Positions 27,200 to 41,200 of a DNA stretch of 64,000 bases are shown here, in pieces. Source of the DNA: Octopus vulgaris (taxonomy: Eukaryota); assembly GCA_951406725.2 (NCBI GenBank), contig OX597829.1:48236001-48300000 (forward strand), read 5' to 3'. The translations under genes were made by a program, and so were the position numbers. Each line of letters starts with the position of its first letter. The first letter of the stretch is position 1. Below the pieces are notes generated by a model. It was not told the DNA's origin and searched no databases. It saw nothing but the letters and a program-made list of their open reading frames with translations.

Positions 27200-28050
27200 A
27201 CAAAACTAGTCCGTGAACTTTTTGATACCACCTTGTAGATTATGTCATATTTCTGTGGAAAACATTAAACATGTGATTTGCAGCTGCCCAAAAATGTTGA
27301 CAAACTATTACCTCTCAATGTGGTATGACATTGCAAAAATGTCATCCAGAAAAAAAAAAAATCTGTCACCCAGAAAAAGAACTGTCCTGGAATAAATGGA
27401 GAATCCCACTGTTATTGAATACATATGCAAACATCAGCTCAAGGAATACTGGTGGGACATTCCCATCAAAACATCTGTCGAGTGTAAACATAACAGGCCA
27501 GATATTGTTGTTTGGGACAGACAGGAAAAAGTATGAACCATCATAGAGGTCCGCTGTCCTGCTGATGTGAATATCTCTTTGAAAATGAAGGAGAAAGAAG
27601 ATAACTATGGACACAACTGCTTCAAAACCTCCTTATTGGAACCTGTGCCGCTGGCATGTGTAAAAAGATTCGAGCGAGGTCATTGCCAGTACTGCCTGAC
27701 TGGCCCCCGTGCCGGTGGCACGTAAAAGCACCCACTACACTCTCAGAGTTGTTGGCATTAGGAAGGGCATCCAGCTGTAGAAACTCTGCCAGATCAAGAT
27801 TGGAGCCTGGTGCAGCCGTCTGGTTCGCCAGACATCAGTCAAATTGTCCAACCCATGCCAGCATGGAAAGCGGACGTTAAATGATGATGATGATGATGAT
27901 AATTTATAACAATAATAATTGGTTCACTTGGTTTTGTAAGCAACTTACTGTCAGTCTGGATAAGCTTGGATTTTCTGAAAAAGAAATCAACCAACTGATT
28001 AGCACATAACAAATACAATCTGTAATCAGAATGGTGAAGCTACGCTAGAA
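27200..28050 (+). mobile_element. R4/Dong-like LINE 3' remnant (zinc knuckle plus REL endonuclease), interrupted by a family E SINE
   Basis: CRLCHISVENIKHVICSC, YWWDIPI..KHNRPDIV, IEVRCPAD motifs; related stubs at 29020-29220 and 47011-47225. Confidence 0.65.
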
Positions 28051-28267
28051 TTTTCTTCAGGCTTAAAATGTGACATTGTTTTTGTTATCTACATTCCAAT
28101 GATGGAGTTTTTATCTTTGTAAGAAACCAGCTCCTTCTTCAGAGGAAGAATTTAAATAATTAAAAACAGAAGAGAACACACACACATACATACATATATA
28201 CATGCATACATATATACATGCATACATATATATGAGACTAAAGTGTATGTATGCCGCTATATGTTTT

Positions 28268-28580
28268 ATATATAAAAACTATAAAATGGGACAAGAACGC
28301 AAAACATCCAGACAGTTAGATGATACAATGAAAAGGGACAATGAAACATCCAGATAGAACAAGGACAGGTCATTTGGAGTTTTCTTTCCTCAGTTGAGTT
28401 CTAGATTATCTTTTCAATTTCAGCTGGTTATACTCGAGATTGCTCCAATCTGGCCAGCCCCAAGGAAAAACTAAGATAAGAGCATTAGATTCTTTGAAAG
28501 AAAGCAGCAAAGTCCCTTAATTGTATCACCGAACTGTCGGGATGTTTTGCCTTCTTGTCCCATTTTGTATTTTTTATATA
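28268..28580. mobile_element. Element with ~50-60 bp terminal inverted repeats in TA-rich context
   Basis: AAAATGGGACAAGAACGCAAAACATCCAGACAGTT..GATACAAT (28283-28329) inverted at 28520-28566. Confidence 0.65.
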
Positions 28581-28584
28581 TAAT

Positions 28585-30012
28585 ACATACATGCATACAT
28601 ACATACATACACATGCATAGATGCATGTTGTGCATGCACACATACATGCTTATATACATGTTATGTATGCATGCACATGTATGCACACATACATGCATAC
28701 ACACATACTCATACATACATGCATTACATACACACATACATATATACAGACATACACATACATATATACATATATAGATACATACGCATGCATGGATGCA
28801 TGAATGCATACATGCATGCTATGAATGCACATTTATGCACACATGCACGCACATACGTACATGCACACACATACATACAAACACACACCAACACATACAC
28901 ATACATACGTACATATGTATCAACACACACACATATACAACACATACACACACACACACATACACACACATACACACACACACTCACACATATATACATG
29001 GATACATACATACATGAAAGTTAAAGATCAGCAAGGAAGGAAAAACTTATGCTGAATTATTGAAAAATTTACGGGTACTCTGCATAGATTACAAGTTCAG
29101 ATTTATACCTGTAATTATTGGTTCTCAAAACCAAATAAAAGAAAATTAATTAGAAGATTACAGATACAAACCATCAATGGAACTGTCAAAATATGCAAAA
29201 CTTTTCAAAAGTTTAGCATGTAATTTCAGATGTATGCATCATGACATGCAAAGGTATGTATGAGTATACACTCACAAACCAAAACATGCACATCTGCACA
29301 TTTACGCAGTTCGTATAACTGCACACATTCACACGTACGTGTATACATCATACTTACAATATATAATTGTGATACTGTTACAAAATGTGTTTATTTTCAC
29401 GTTCGTTCAGCAGCTGGTGGGGTGGGGTCTGACAAAAACCACCCACCTAGTCAGGCTGGCTTGGTGGGGGTTGCTGGTTTAGTCACCGATGGCTTAACCA
29501 TGTGATAGGTTGTACTGGCTTACATGTTGCTCGTAAGTGTGACTTGACATACATATGTGCATACGATGGCATATATATATACATATACGCACATACATAC
29601 ATAATACATACATGCATGCATATAAACACACATGCATATGCCAGTATATACATGTATACATGCACATATATACATGTATGCATACATACATAAACACACA
29701 TGCATGCATGCATACATTAACATATACATACATACAATACTTGCATGCATACACACATACATATATACATACATGCATATGCATATATATGTATACATAT
29801 ATGCATATATACATATATATATATACACACACATACATTTATACATACATGCATACATATATATACATACATGCATATATACATACACACATGCATACAC
29901 ATACATACATATATGCATAAATATAAATACTATATACACACACATACATATACATACACACATGTATTCACACAGTTGCACATACATATATAAACACACA
30001 CACACACACACA
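28585..30012. repeat. Degenerate (CATA/CATG/CA)n fields
   Basis: Direct reading. Confidence 0.85.
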
Positions 30013-30509
30013 TTTTACGCAATCACATACACACGCCACATATGTAGGAAATTATAAATGTTGTCACGTAATATACTTTTTCCATCTGGTTATAATCAAC
30101 AAAGACAATAAAAATTATTACAAAAAAAAAATCTAAAACAAATTCCTCATACTTTTCAAAGAGTTTTTTTTTTTTACAAATATCTTTTTCTTCCTCTATT
30201 TTCTTGCACTTGTTTCATTTATCGGAGTGTGGCCATACTGGGGCACCTGTTTGAAGAGTTTTAGTCAAATGAAATGACACTGGTGCTTCTTTACCTTTTA
30301 AGTCAGGAACTTATTTTAACAGTCACTTTTGTTGAGCTGTTAAGTTATGAGGACATGAACAAACCAGCACAGCTAGCCAAGAAGTAAAGGGATGGTGAGG
30401 GTGGTGGTACAAATGCAGACACAATTAGATATACACAATTAGAAATACATACATATATCTATCTATCTTTCTATATAAATACACACACACACACACATTC
30501 ACACACATA

Positions 30510-31227
30510 CTTGGTCTGAACTGTTGCCATAGTAATGAAGCTAAAGCATGCAGAGTGAAGCTGCTTGCCGCAAATTGACCTTGAACTCTGCTGTGCATCT
30601 GCACTAAGTGTTAACATTCTAGCTCACACCCACTGTTTACAGCAGTGCTTGGAAGGAAGGTGTGTAGTGTGTGATCGTCGCATTGACCATGACAGAGAAT
30701 GTTGAGCAGAGAATCTTCCTCAAATTTTGCTGAACTCTTGGTGATACCTGCTCAGAGGCCTACGCAAAGTTTTCAAAAAGGTTTCTTTGATCTTGACACA
30801 ATCAAGGAGATCTTGTACAACTGAAACCCGAGTGTCTTTTTGGTCAACTGAAAGCAATTTTGGCACAAACTTGGCAGACATGCATCTCATACCCAAATCT
30901 TCAGTGATAATGAACTGAACTGAACCATAAGTAATCTACACATCCTCTGATAACTCACAGATGGCTATTTGATGATTTCTTCTCACAGCTGCACGCACAT
31001 CTGCGACGTTTTTCTCAGTTCTGCTGGTTGCAGTTCTCCAAGAAATGTCAATATTGACATCTTTTTGGCCATCTTGGAAATGTCTGAATCACTCATATGC
31101 TTGTGTGCAGCTCAGGCACTTCTCTCCATATACTTTATGCAACTTTGCATTGGCCTCTGAACAGGTATCACCATGACAACTTTCTCTGTCATGGTCAATG
31201 CGATGATCACATGCTACACACCTTTCT
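30510..31227. mobile_element. Two inverted 5' fragments of a mariner element
   Basis: + strand MTENVEQRIFLKFC.. at ~30688; the same start region occurs reversed at 31135-31227. Confidence 0.65.
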
Positions 31228-31246
31228 TTCATGCACTATATACATA

Positions 31247-31288
<42 letters not shown>

Positions 31289-31382
31289 TTTGTGTGTGTA
31301 TATATATATATATTTATATACTTACACACACACTCACACTCACACACACACACACATATATTATATATATATATATAAATAA

Positions 31383-31431
<49 letters not shown>

Positions 31432-31433
<2 letters not shown>

Positions 31434-31704
31434 AAATATGGGGTTTAGTTCACAGGTGATCTAAATGATTAAGGTATGCTAAGTAAGTGCTGTAACGGAT
31501 TACTAAGGCTCCAAGGTTGTATCCAAGATAGTACTTATGGAGCCATTGCAGATTTCCGATATAGAAGATACATAATTGTTAAAGAAGACAACAAACATTA
31601 AGGCAAGGGAAACATATCAAGTTGTATACAGTATTATTACTGGAAAAAATTTACGACTTGAGATTTTTGCCTTGCCTTAACATTCGTTGTCCTCTTTAAC
31701 AATT

Positions 31705-31705
<1 letters not shown>
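31432..31705. mobile_element. Diverged fold-back element between microsatellites
   Basis: Arms 31573-31628 and 31650-31705. Confidence 0.6.
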
Positions 31706-31749
<44 letters not shown>

Positions 31750-31789
31750 CATAATTATATACTTACTGGACATGACAGCTGAAAAAGGT

Positions 31790-33705
31790 GAGCAATCTGG
31801 GGCCACAGATGAAGGTTCCCGTCATGAGTCCTTGCAGTCTAGTCTTCCAAACACGTTCTTTCAACATTGCTACTGAAAGGTAAAAAAACATGCCTCACCT
31901 TCCTTCGAGAGTCCCGTGGGCAGCACAATCTTTATTATAGATTCAGCTGATATATATTTCTTTACTACCCACAAGGGGCTAAACACAGAGGGGACAAACA
32001 AGGACAGACAAACGGATTAAGTCGATTACATCAACTCCAGTGCGTAACTGGTACTTATTTAATCGACCCCGAAAGGATGAAAGGCAAAGTCGACCTCGGC
32101 GGAATTTGAACTCAGAACGTAAAGACAGACGAAATACCGCTAAGTGTTTCGTCCGGCGTGCTAACGATTCTGCCAGCTCACCACCTTATAGATTCAGCTG
32201 ATAGCTGTACTCTGCCTAGGTGTGACAACACGTGTTCAACATAAACTATCAGGCCTGAAAGCTTCCGATAGTGTACAAAAGCATGCTGGACAGTTTCATG
32301 GTTCAGCTCACATCTTGGACATGTCAGTGACACTGACATTCTGTACCTGGGTAACTTGTTGCGAACAGGTAAAGCATTCCTGTAGCACTGCCAAGTCAGG
32401 GATTTTTGGTAATTATCCAAATACCCTGGCCCAAAAGTCTTTCGGAACAGATCCCCTCCTAGGACGTCATTGTTTTTAGACCCTACCAGCTGTCTATACA
32501 AAACTGAGGTGGTATTCCCACTGCTGGCCTTGCCCATCTTGTGGATCAGCACGAGTGCCTGTCAACATTCCTTTTGCCTTTCTGTCAGATTGCGTCTTTT
32601 AAATAAAACGGTTTGAATCTCTCCAAACAGGCTGGTTGCAGGAAGAATTTCTCTGCCAGCGGATTCCACACCTTGTCACCCTCCAGGTAGTGCCAGCGAT
32701 GTTTCAGCCTCAACGCATGTTTGTGCATCAAAAGCCAGGGCATCCCTAACTCACCCTTTAGCAGTTCCTGGCAGCAGAGGGAGTACCTTAGAAGTGGCTT
32801 TCCTCCCTTCCACAAAAAAACGGAAAAGGAGGCGCTCCAACTTGTTTAGCCACGAGTCGGGGTTAAGGGACAATGGTTAGGCGGTAGGTGATTACAGATG
32901 CAATAAACACCTGTACCACCTCCGCCCTTCCTTTCAGAGACTGAGTCCATCCGGACCAAGTCTGAACTAGCGCTTCCACCCTGTCTGCCACCTCGCTCCA
33001 ATTCTTCTCCGTTTGGGAGTCTGGTCCTAACTAAACTCCAAGCAGCTTAACAGGACCATCTGTCTATTGACCCACGACACTGGATGATACTGACTTCCTC
33101 CTCCAAGTGCCAAGGTGAAAGCTGATGGACTTGTCCTTGTTAACTTTGGCTCCTGCCACCACCTCATATCCTTTGATAGCGACCTCTACGCAAGGTAGCT
33201 GAGCCTCATTGGACATAATGATGGTGACGTCATCTGCAAAAGCAGAGACCGACTTACCACATCCGATTTCATTGGGGGTGTGCCTCAAATTCTCCAGCTT
33301 CCTCAGTAAAGGCTCAAGAGCCAAAACGTACAGAAGTGGGGACAGGGGACACCCATGACAAACTGAGCGCTTGATCAAAAAGTGCTCTGACAGGTAGCTG
33401 TTTATCTGGATGGTGGATTGGATGCCGTTATACATTGTAGAGATCCACCTATGGAAGTCTGGGTGCAGCCCAGCTGCTTTGAGAACCGCTGCCAAGTCTA
33501 CCCAATCAAATGCTTTACTTTGGTCTAAATGGACCAGTGCCCCACCTTTGCCGGTTAATTTACCCACTCTGTCTAAGGTGTAGCATATAAGGTGAAGATT
33601 GTCCTGAATCGACCTGTCCGGAATGGCGCATGTCTGTGCCTTCCCTACAAGCTTCTTCATGACACGTGTCAACCTTTTAGCTAATGTCTTGGCCAAAATC
33701 TTTAA
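31790..33705 (-). pseudogene. Decayed Tx1/L1-clade LINE ORF2 (RT plus C-terminal cysteine motif)
   Basis: ORF 33064-33696 with LDQSKAFD, HGCPLSPLLY, AFADD; 32178-32552 with CPRC..ETVQHAFVH. Confidence 0.9.
31955..32185 (-). mobile_element. SINE family B inserted in the Tx1 remnant
   Basis: 18-bp TSD TTATAGATTCAGCTGATA at 31935-31952 and 32186-32203. Confidence 0.9.
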
Positions 33706-33724
33706 CTCTCATTCACTGCTTGGA

Positions 33725-34125
33725 CTACATCTTCCTCTCCCTCCTCATCCCCCTCCTCCTTACTTACTCGCCTTCTCCTCTTCCCCCTCCCCATTCATCA
33801 TTATCATCATCACAATCCTCACCATCTCCACTATCATTCCCGTCACCATCACCACAATCACTGCTGCCATCACCACCACCACTACCACCACCACCACCAC
33901 CACCACCACTACCACCACCACCACCACCACAACCAACACCACCGCCACCACCACCACCACCACCGCCACCACCACCACCACCACCACCACCACCACCACC
34001 ACCATCACCACCACCACCACCACCACCACCAACAACAACAACGACAACAACAACAACTTGCAAAAACAACTACAACAGCTTCCTCCTCCACCTCCTCCAC
34101 CTCCTCCACCTCCTCATCATCGTCA
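33725..34125. repeat. (CCA)n/(CCT)n/(CAA)n microsatellite
   Basis: Direct reading; source of the poly-T/P/G/V ORFs. Confidence 0.9.
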
Positions 34126-34456
34126 TGAATATCATCCGATTCATCTTGGCAGAAACGGTCTGGATTAAGGCAAGAAGATGGAAATGATCAGTCAGCATCA
34201 ATTCAACAAATATGGCTTCTTCTTAACATCCTTCAGAAAAGTACATTTTTGCTAACCGTGATCTTAATTTCGAATAAATAGAGTGAAGTAGTCTTACAAA
34301 ATGAATATTACTTGTTTACCAAGTCGACCGACATCACCAACTTTTCCGTTTCCAATAAAACTGTGCTGCCACCTGATCGTGTAATCCTCTCTGTAGTAAA
34401 TGTTCCTAACAAATCAACATCATCAATTTCTCTCTAACTACTACTACTGCTACTAT

Positions 34457-34488
<32 letters not shown>

Positions 34489-35504
34489 TTACCACCACCA
34501 CTACCACTACTACCACCACCACCGCCTCCACCACCGTCACCATGTTTTATGATGTCATGTAGGGCTGTGTTTCTTAAACTACCTGATGTTGTGGTGTACC
34601 AGCAGTATTTTTTTCCAATGTGCCAGGGACAGGTAATATTTCTCTGTAATTTTAATTTATACTGGAAACAATATATATATATAATGAATATAATAAAAGT
34701 TGATAATCTTTTTTATCTCATATTTATTTTGTAAACAAATAATACAATATTAAATAAGCATTTTATAAGCATTTTATAATGTTTCTTTCTTTTCTGGAAA
34801 CTCGCCACGTACTGGCAGCTAATGGCTTGTGGACTGGCACTGGTCCACAGACCAACTTCGAGTGGCATTGATGTAGGGTATTGAACTACCAGCAGATTCG
34901 GATTCTCCTGAGACTGTTACAGTTTGCTAGGGTTAGCTCTTACAGAATGTGACCATTACGAGGTGAATGATATTGTCTCTAATTTGTTGGCTGTGAAGGT
35001 GCATGGCTTGGTGTTTAGCATATTTGGCTCATGATCATAAGGTCATGAGATCAATACCCTGTCATGCATCATGTCCTTGAGCAATATACTTTATTTCACA
35101 TTGCTCCAGTCCATTCAGCTGGCAAAAATGTTTGGTATCTGTTACTGAAAGGGCCAGCCTTGTCACATTCTGTGTCACACTGAATTTCCGTAAGGGTACA
35201 CATGTCTGTGGAGTGCTCAGCCACTTGCACATTAATTTCATGAACAGGCTGTTCCGTTGATCAGGTCAGCTGGAGCAAGTATCATAGTAACTGATGGAGT
35301 GCCTGTTAAGCTCATTAAGTGATAGAAAGAGAGCCAAAAGCACATGGTAAGAGGGTTCAGTTAGCAAGCTGAGTGTTCAAGTTTCATCATTGCCAAGACA
35401 GTTTTGAGTAATGGTGAGTTGTGCTTGCTAAAATAGGGTATGGGAGCCATCATTTGCATGATCTGTTGGGATTTACAGGGTGTTCAGCAGAGAAAGAGTG
35501 CATA

Positions 35505-35906
35505 TCTTTATATATAAAAGTGAAGTTGTGTGTCTGTCTCCTACGATTTAGATTCCTAACTACTCCCACATTTTGCAGTGCAGTGTAACCAAAAGTGGGT
35601 ATCTTATAGTCGTGATTCATATCGAGCCCTTCTGGGTATTAGCGCGCGTCTACGATGAGTCTACGATTTAAAAAAATATTTACCATCATTTTTTTCCATT
35701 TTAATGCATTTTTTTCGCTATTATATAAGGGAAGTAACTCTCTAAAAATGTCTACGATGAGTCAACGATTTAAAAAAAAAATTTACCATCATTTTTTTTT
35801 CCATTTTTAATGCATTTTTTTCGCTATTTTTTGGCTATAACTCTCTAAAAATGCTTATATAGTTATTTCCCTTACAAACCCGAGCAACGCCGGGCGATAC
35901 TGCTAG
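35505..35906 (+). mobile_element. Non-autonomous Helitron (family 1), second copy
   Basis: TC...hairpin...CTAG between A and T; colinear with 4330-4726. Confidence 0.85.
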
Positions 35907-36125
35907 TATAATATATTATAGTGACGAGAGAGACATTTAATAAAGTAACAAAAATAACACTCATTTGTTTTGCTTAAACTTTGCACATTTGTTTGATGAG
36001 ATTGTCACGAGAAACGAGTAAAAAAAATACTATGTTCATAAGGATCCAGTGCCAAATATGGTCAACTACCTGCTGCTTTCAGAAGTTATTGAGAGAGGGA
36101 GAGAGAGATGTGTATATATACATTC

Positions 36126-36160
<35 letters not shown>

Positions 36161-36247
36161 TACACATGTCTTCTTACTCTCCTAGAGGATTTAAGTAAAA
36201 TTATACAAATGTGTCCGACTGATTAAATAAATTCTATCTATTTATTT

Positions 36248-36336
36248 ATGCAGCTGAGGATATCTCTGCATTTTAAATTGATGTATTGATTGCATTGTTC
36301 AATTAAATGGAGTTGCATGAAACGATCGTACTGCAT
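36248..36336 (+). ncRNA. Type-I hammerhead-like motif, canonical C3:G8 core, long helix II region
   Basis: ATGCAG-CTGAGGA-(58 nt)-GAAA-CGATCG-TA-CTGCAT; helix I ATGCAG/CTGCAT, palindromic ACGATCGT. Confidence 0.65.
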
Positions 36337-36369
36337 TACCTCTGGATATCCTGTTGCTTGTTTTGATAT

Positions 36370-36800
36370 TTACTTTACTTTTACTTTTACTTGTTTCAGT
36401 CATTTGACTGCGGCCATGCTGGAGCACCGCCTTTAGTCGAGCAAATCGACCCCGGGACTTATTCTTTGTAAGCCCAGTACTTATTCTATCGGTCTCTTTT
36501 GCCGAACCGCTAAGTGACGGGGACGTAAACACACCAGCATCGGTTGTCAAGCAATGCTAGGGGGACAAACTCAGACACACAAACATACACATATACATAT
36601 ATATATATGCATATATACGACAGGCTTCTTTCAGTTTCCGTCTACCAAATCCACTCACAAGGCATTGGTCGGCCTGGGGCTGTAGTAGAAGGCACTTGCC
36701 CAAGATGCCACACAGTGGGACTGAACCAGGAACCATGTGGTTGGTTATCAAGCTACTTACCACACAGCCACTCCTGCGCCTATAAAGCCACTCCTGCGCC
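36370..36800 (-). mobile_element. SINE family A, full length, with duplicated head
   Basis: AGCCACTCCTGCGCCTATA present twice at the head end. Confidence 0.85.
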
Positions 36801-36806
36801 TATATG

Positions 36807-36845
<39 letters not shown>

Positions 36846-37041
36846 CATCAACGTCATCATGGCATGGGTTGGATGGTTTGAGAGAAGCTGGCCAGGCAGG
36901 AGCCCGCACCAGACTTCTGTGTCTGTTTTTGTGTTTCAAGATATATTTTTATGTAATCTTGGTAAATATATCTGTTAAAATGGGAAGTCAGTGTTGTTTT
37001 CATTTTTGCATAATTTACACGACAATTTATTCACCACACCC

Positions 37042-37117
<76 letters not shown>

Positions 37118-37363
37118 TGTGTATGTGTGTGTGTGTGTGTATGTATATATATATATATATATAGAAAATAAGGAGTTTAGGTCAAAGATCAGTATGATAC
37201 TCCAGCACCTGGGATATCCCAGAAATAGTGTAAGAGACTATATCAATTGATTCTACCTACATTGCATTAGTATTAACTCTCTTAAATTAAACTAAAATAA
37301 ATAAATAAAAATAAATTTAAATGACATAGTTCTTCCTTGACTAATTATTTTCTTTTTCTTTAA

Positions 37364-37406
<43 letters not shown>

Positions 37407-37413
37407 TATATAT

Positions 37414-37637
37414 ATATACTTTATTTAAAGCAGCAGAAAATTCAACAAAACCTGTTACTCTGAGTTTCCTGTTGTCGTTATGTAATCTTGGTAAATATAT
37501 CTGTTAAAATGGGAACAGGAAACTCAGAGTAACAGGTTTTGTTGAATTTTCTGCTGCTTTAAATAAAGTATATTACTCTACCACTGGTATTTGAGTACTC
37601 TTTTTTCCACCTTGTTTGACATTTATGTGTTTACTCC

Positions 37638-37639
<2 letters not shown>
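37414..37639. mobile_element. Fold-back element in (TA)n: ~60-bp arms, 66-nt tail, truncated inside a hammerhead
   Basis: Arms ~37414-37473 and 37514-37573; GAAACTCAGAGTA (37519-37531) matches the helix III of the 3167 motif. Confidence 0.75.
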
Positions 37640-37706
<67 letters not shown>

Positions 37707-38008
37707 TTAATTTTAGCTTAAATCCCCAATATTTAGTCTCTAATTATTAATTAGTTTTAATAAGTGATCTGATCAGAAATGACTCTATACATACATTTGG
37801 TGTTAGTAGTTGAAATTTTAAATGCTTTAACTTAGAGTAGTCATTAACATGCATGTGCGCACACACACACACACAAATAACTGGGTTGTATTAGATGTCA
37901 CTGAAATAGTTTAGTGGTGACCCGAAGAAATAACAAACAGATTTTGCTTATTTACTTTTTGTCTTGTCTTTTTTCTACTTATTCTTTTTTTCTTCTTTTT
38001 TTTTCCAG

Positions 38009-38023
38009 GTCCATTGAGTATTG
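38009..38023 (+). CDS. Candidate 15-nt frame-preserving microexon of an unidentified host gene (phase-1 reading x-P-L-S-I-x)
   Basis: ~60-nt polypyrimidine tract ending TTTTCCAG|, exon GTCCATTGAGTATTG, donor |GTGAGT; non-repetitive flanks. Confidence 0.55.
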
Positions 38024-38290
38024 GTGAGTAACAAAACAGGATTTCCCAGTTCGAATTTCATTGAGTTTTCCCATTATGTCACCTCGTCTATGTGTAATAA
38101 TGAACTGCATTGCCACGGCGGTCTTAGTTTAGCAGGAAAGGAATTAAATTACTTAAACAATCGGTCAGTGTTTTATATCCTGTTAGTCTGTCAGTAACTT
38201 TATTGCCTCTTCTTGGTAATCCTTTAAAAAGTGGAGACAGGTTTAATAAGTTATGAATTTGTGATATTCAATACACAAGTATTTATCTAT

Positions 38291-41200
38291 GTTGTTCATA
38301 TATACACCATTGGTTGTTCACATTCACAACACTGGTTGTTCACATACACACTATTGGTTGTTCATATACACACCACTGGTTGTTCATATACACACCACTG
38401 GTTATTCATATACACACCACTGGTTGTTCATATACACGCAATTGGTTGTTCATACACACGCCACTGGTTGTTCATATACACACCACTGGTTGTTCATATA
38501 CATGCCACTGGTTGTTCATATACACACCATTGGTTGTTCATATACACACCATTGGTTGTTCATATACACACCATTGGTTGTTCATATACACGCAATTGGT
38601 TGTTCACATACACACTATTGGCTGTTCATAGAGACACCACTGGTTGTTCATATACACACCACTGGTTGTTCATATACACACCACTGGTTGTTCATATTCA
38701 CACCACCGGTTGTTCATATATACACCACTGGTTGTTCATATACACACCATTGGTTGTTCATATACACGCCACTGGTTATTCATATACACACCATTGGTTG
38801 TTCATATACACGCCACTGGTTGTTCATATACATGCAATTGGTTGTTCACATACACACCATTGGTTGTTTACATTCACAACACTGGTTGTTCATATACACA
38901 CCACTGGTTGTTCATATACACACTATTGGTTGTTCATATACACACCACTGGTTGTTCATATACACACCACTGGTTGTTCATATACACACCACTGGTTGTT
39001 CACATACACACTATTGGTTGTTCATATACACACCACTGGTTGTTCATATACACACCACTGGTTGTTCATATACACACTGGTTGTTCATATACACACCACT
39101 GGTTGTTCATATACACACCACGGTTGTTCATATACACACCACTGGTTGTTCATATACACACCACTGGTTGTTCATATACACACCACTGGTTGTTCATATA
39201 CACACTATTGGTTGTTCATATACACACCACTGGTTGTTCATATACACACTATTGGTTGTTCATATACACACCACTGGTTGTTCATATACACACCACTGGT
39301 TGTTCATATACACGCAATTGGTTGTTCATATACACACTATTGGTTGTTCATATACACACCATTGGTTGTTCATATACATGCCACTGGTTGTTCATATACA
39401 CACTATTGGTTGTTCATATACACACCACTGGTTGTTCATATACATGCCACTGGTTGTTCATATACACACTATTGGTTGTTCATATACACACCACTGGTTG
39501 TTCATATACATGCCACTGGTTGTTCATATACACACTATTGGTTGTTCATATACACACCACTGGTTGTTCATATACACACCACTGGTTGTTCATATACACA
39601 CCACTGGTTGTTCATATACACACCACTGGTTGTTCATATACACACCACTGGTTGTTCATATACACGCCACTGGTTGTTCATATACACACTATTGGTTGTT
39701 CATATACACACCACTGGTTGTTCATATACACACCATATACACGCAATTGGTTGTTCATATACACACTATTGGTTGTTCATATACACACCATTGGTTGTTC
39801 ATATACATGCCACTGGTTGTTCATATACACACCACTGGTTATTCATATACACACCACTGGTTGTTCATATACACGCAATTGGTTGTTCATATACACACCA
39901 CTGGTTGTTCATAGCGACCACCACTGGTTGTTCATATACACTCCACTGGTTATTCATATACACACCACTGGTTGTTCATATACACACCACTGGTTGTTCA
40001 TATACACACCACTGGTTGTTCATATACACTTCATTGGTTGTTCATATACACACTATTGGTTATTCATATACACACCACTAGTTGTTCATAGAGACACCAC
40101 TGGTTGTTCATATACACACCATTGGTTGTTCATATATACACCATTGGTTGTTCATATACACACCAATGGTTGTTCATATACACGCCACTGGTTGTTCATA
40201 TACACGCCACTGGTTGTTCATATACACGCCACTGGTTTTTCATATACATGCCACTGGTTGTTCATATACACACCATTGGTTGTTCATATATACACCATTG
40301 GTTGTTCATATATACACCATTGGTTGTTCATATATACACCATTGGTTGTTCATATATACACCATTGGTTGTTCATATACACACCATTGGTTGTTCATATA
40401 TACACCATTGGTTGTTCATATACACGTCACTGGTTGTTCATATACACACCATTGGTTGTTCATATACACACCACTGGTTGCTCATATACATATCATTGGT
40501 TGTTCATATACACACCATTGGTTGTTCATATACACACCATTGGTTGTTCATATACACACCATTGGTTGTTCATATACACACTATTGGCTGTTCATAGAGA
40601 CACCACTGGTTGTTCATATACACACCATTGGTTGTTCACATACACACCACTGGTTGTTCATATACACACCACTAGTTGTTCATATACACACCACTGGTTG
40701 TTCATATACACGCCACTGGTTGTTCCTATACACACTATTGGTTGTTCATATACATGCCACTGGTTGTTCATATACACACCACTGGTTGTTCATATACACA
40801 CCACTGGTTGTTCATATACACACCACTGGTTGTTCATATACACGCCACTGGTTGTTCACATACACACTATTAGTTGTTTATATACATGCCACTGGTTGTT
40901 CATATACACACCACTGGTTGTTCATATACACACCACTGGTTGTTCATATACACACCATTGGTTGTTCATATACACACCACTGGTTGTTCATATACACGCC
41001 ACTGGTTGTTCACATACACGCAATTGGTTGTTCATATACACACCACTGGTTGTTCATATACACACCACTGGTTGTTCATATACACACCATTGGTTGTTCA
41101 TATACACACCATTGGTTGTTCATATACGTGCCACTGGTTGTTCATATACACACCACTGGTTGTTCATATACACACTACTGGTTGTTCATATACATGCCAC

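Noticed and set aside
35988-36025. TTGATGA..GAAACGAGTA hammerhead-like string
   Set aside because: No helix II and only weak A/T helix I; could be chance
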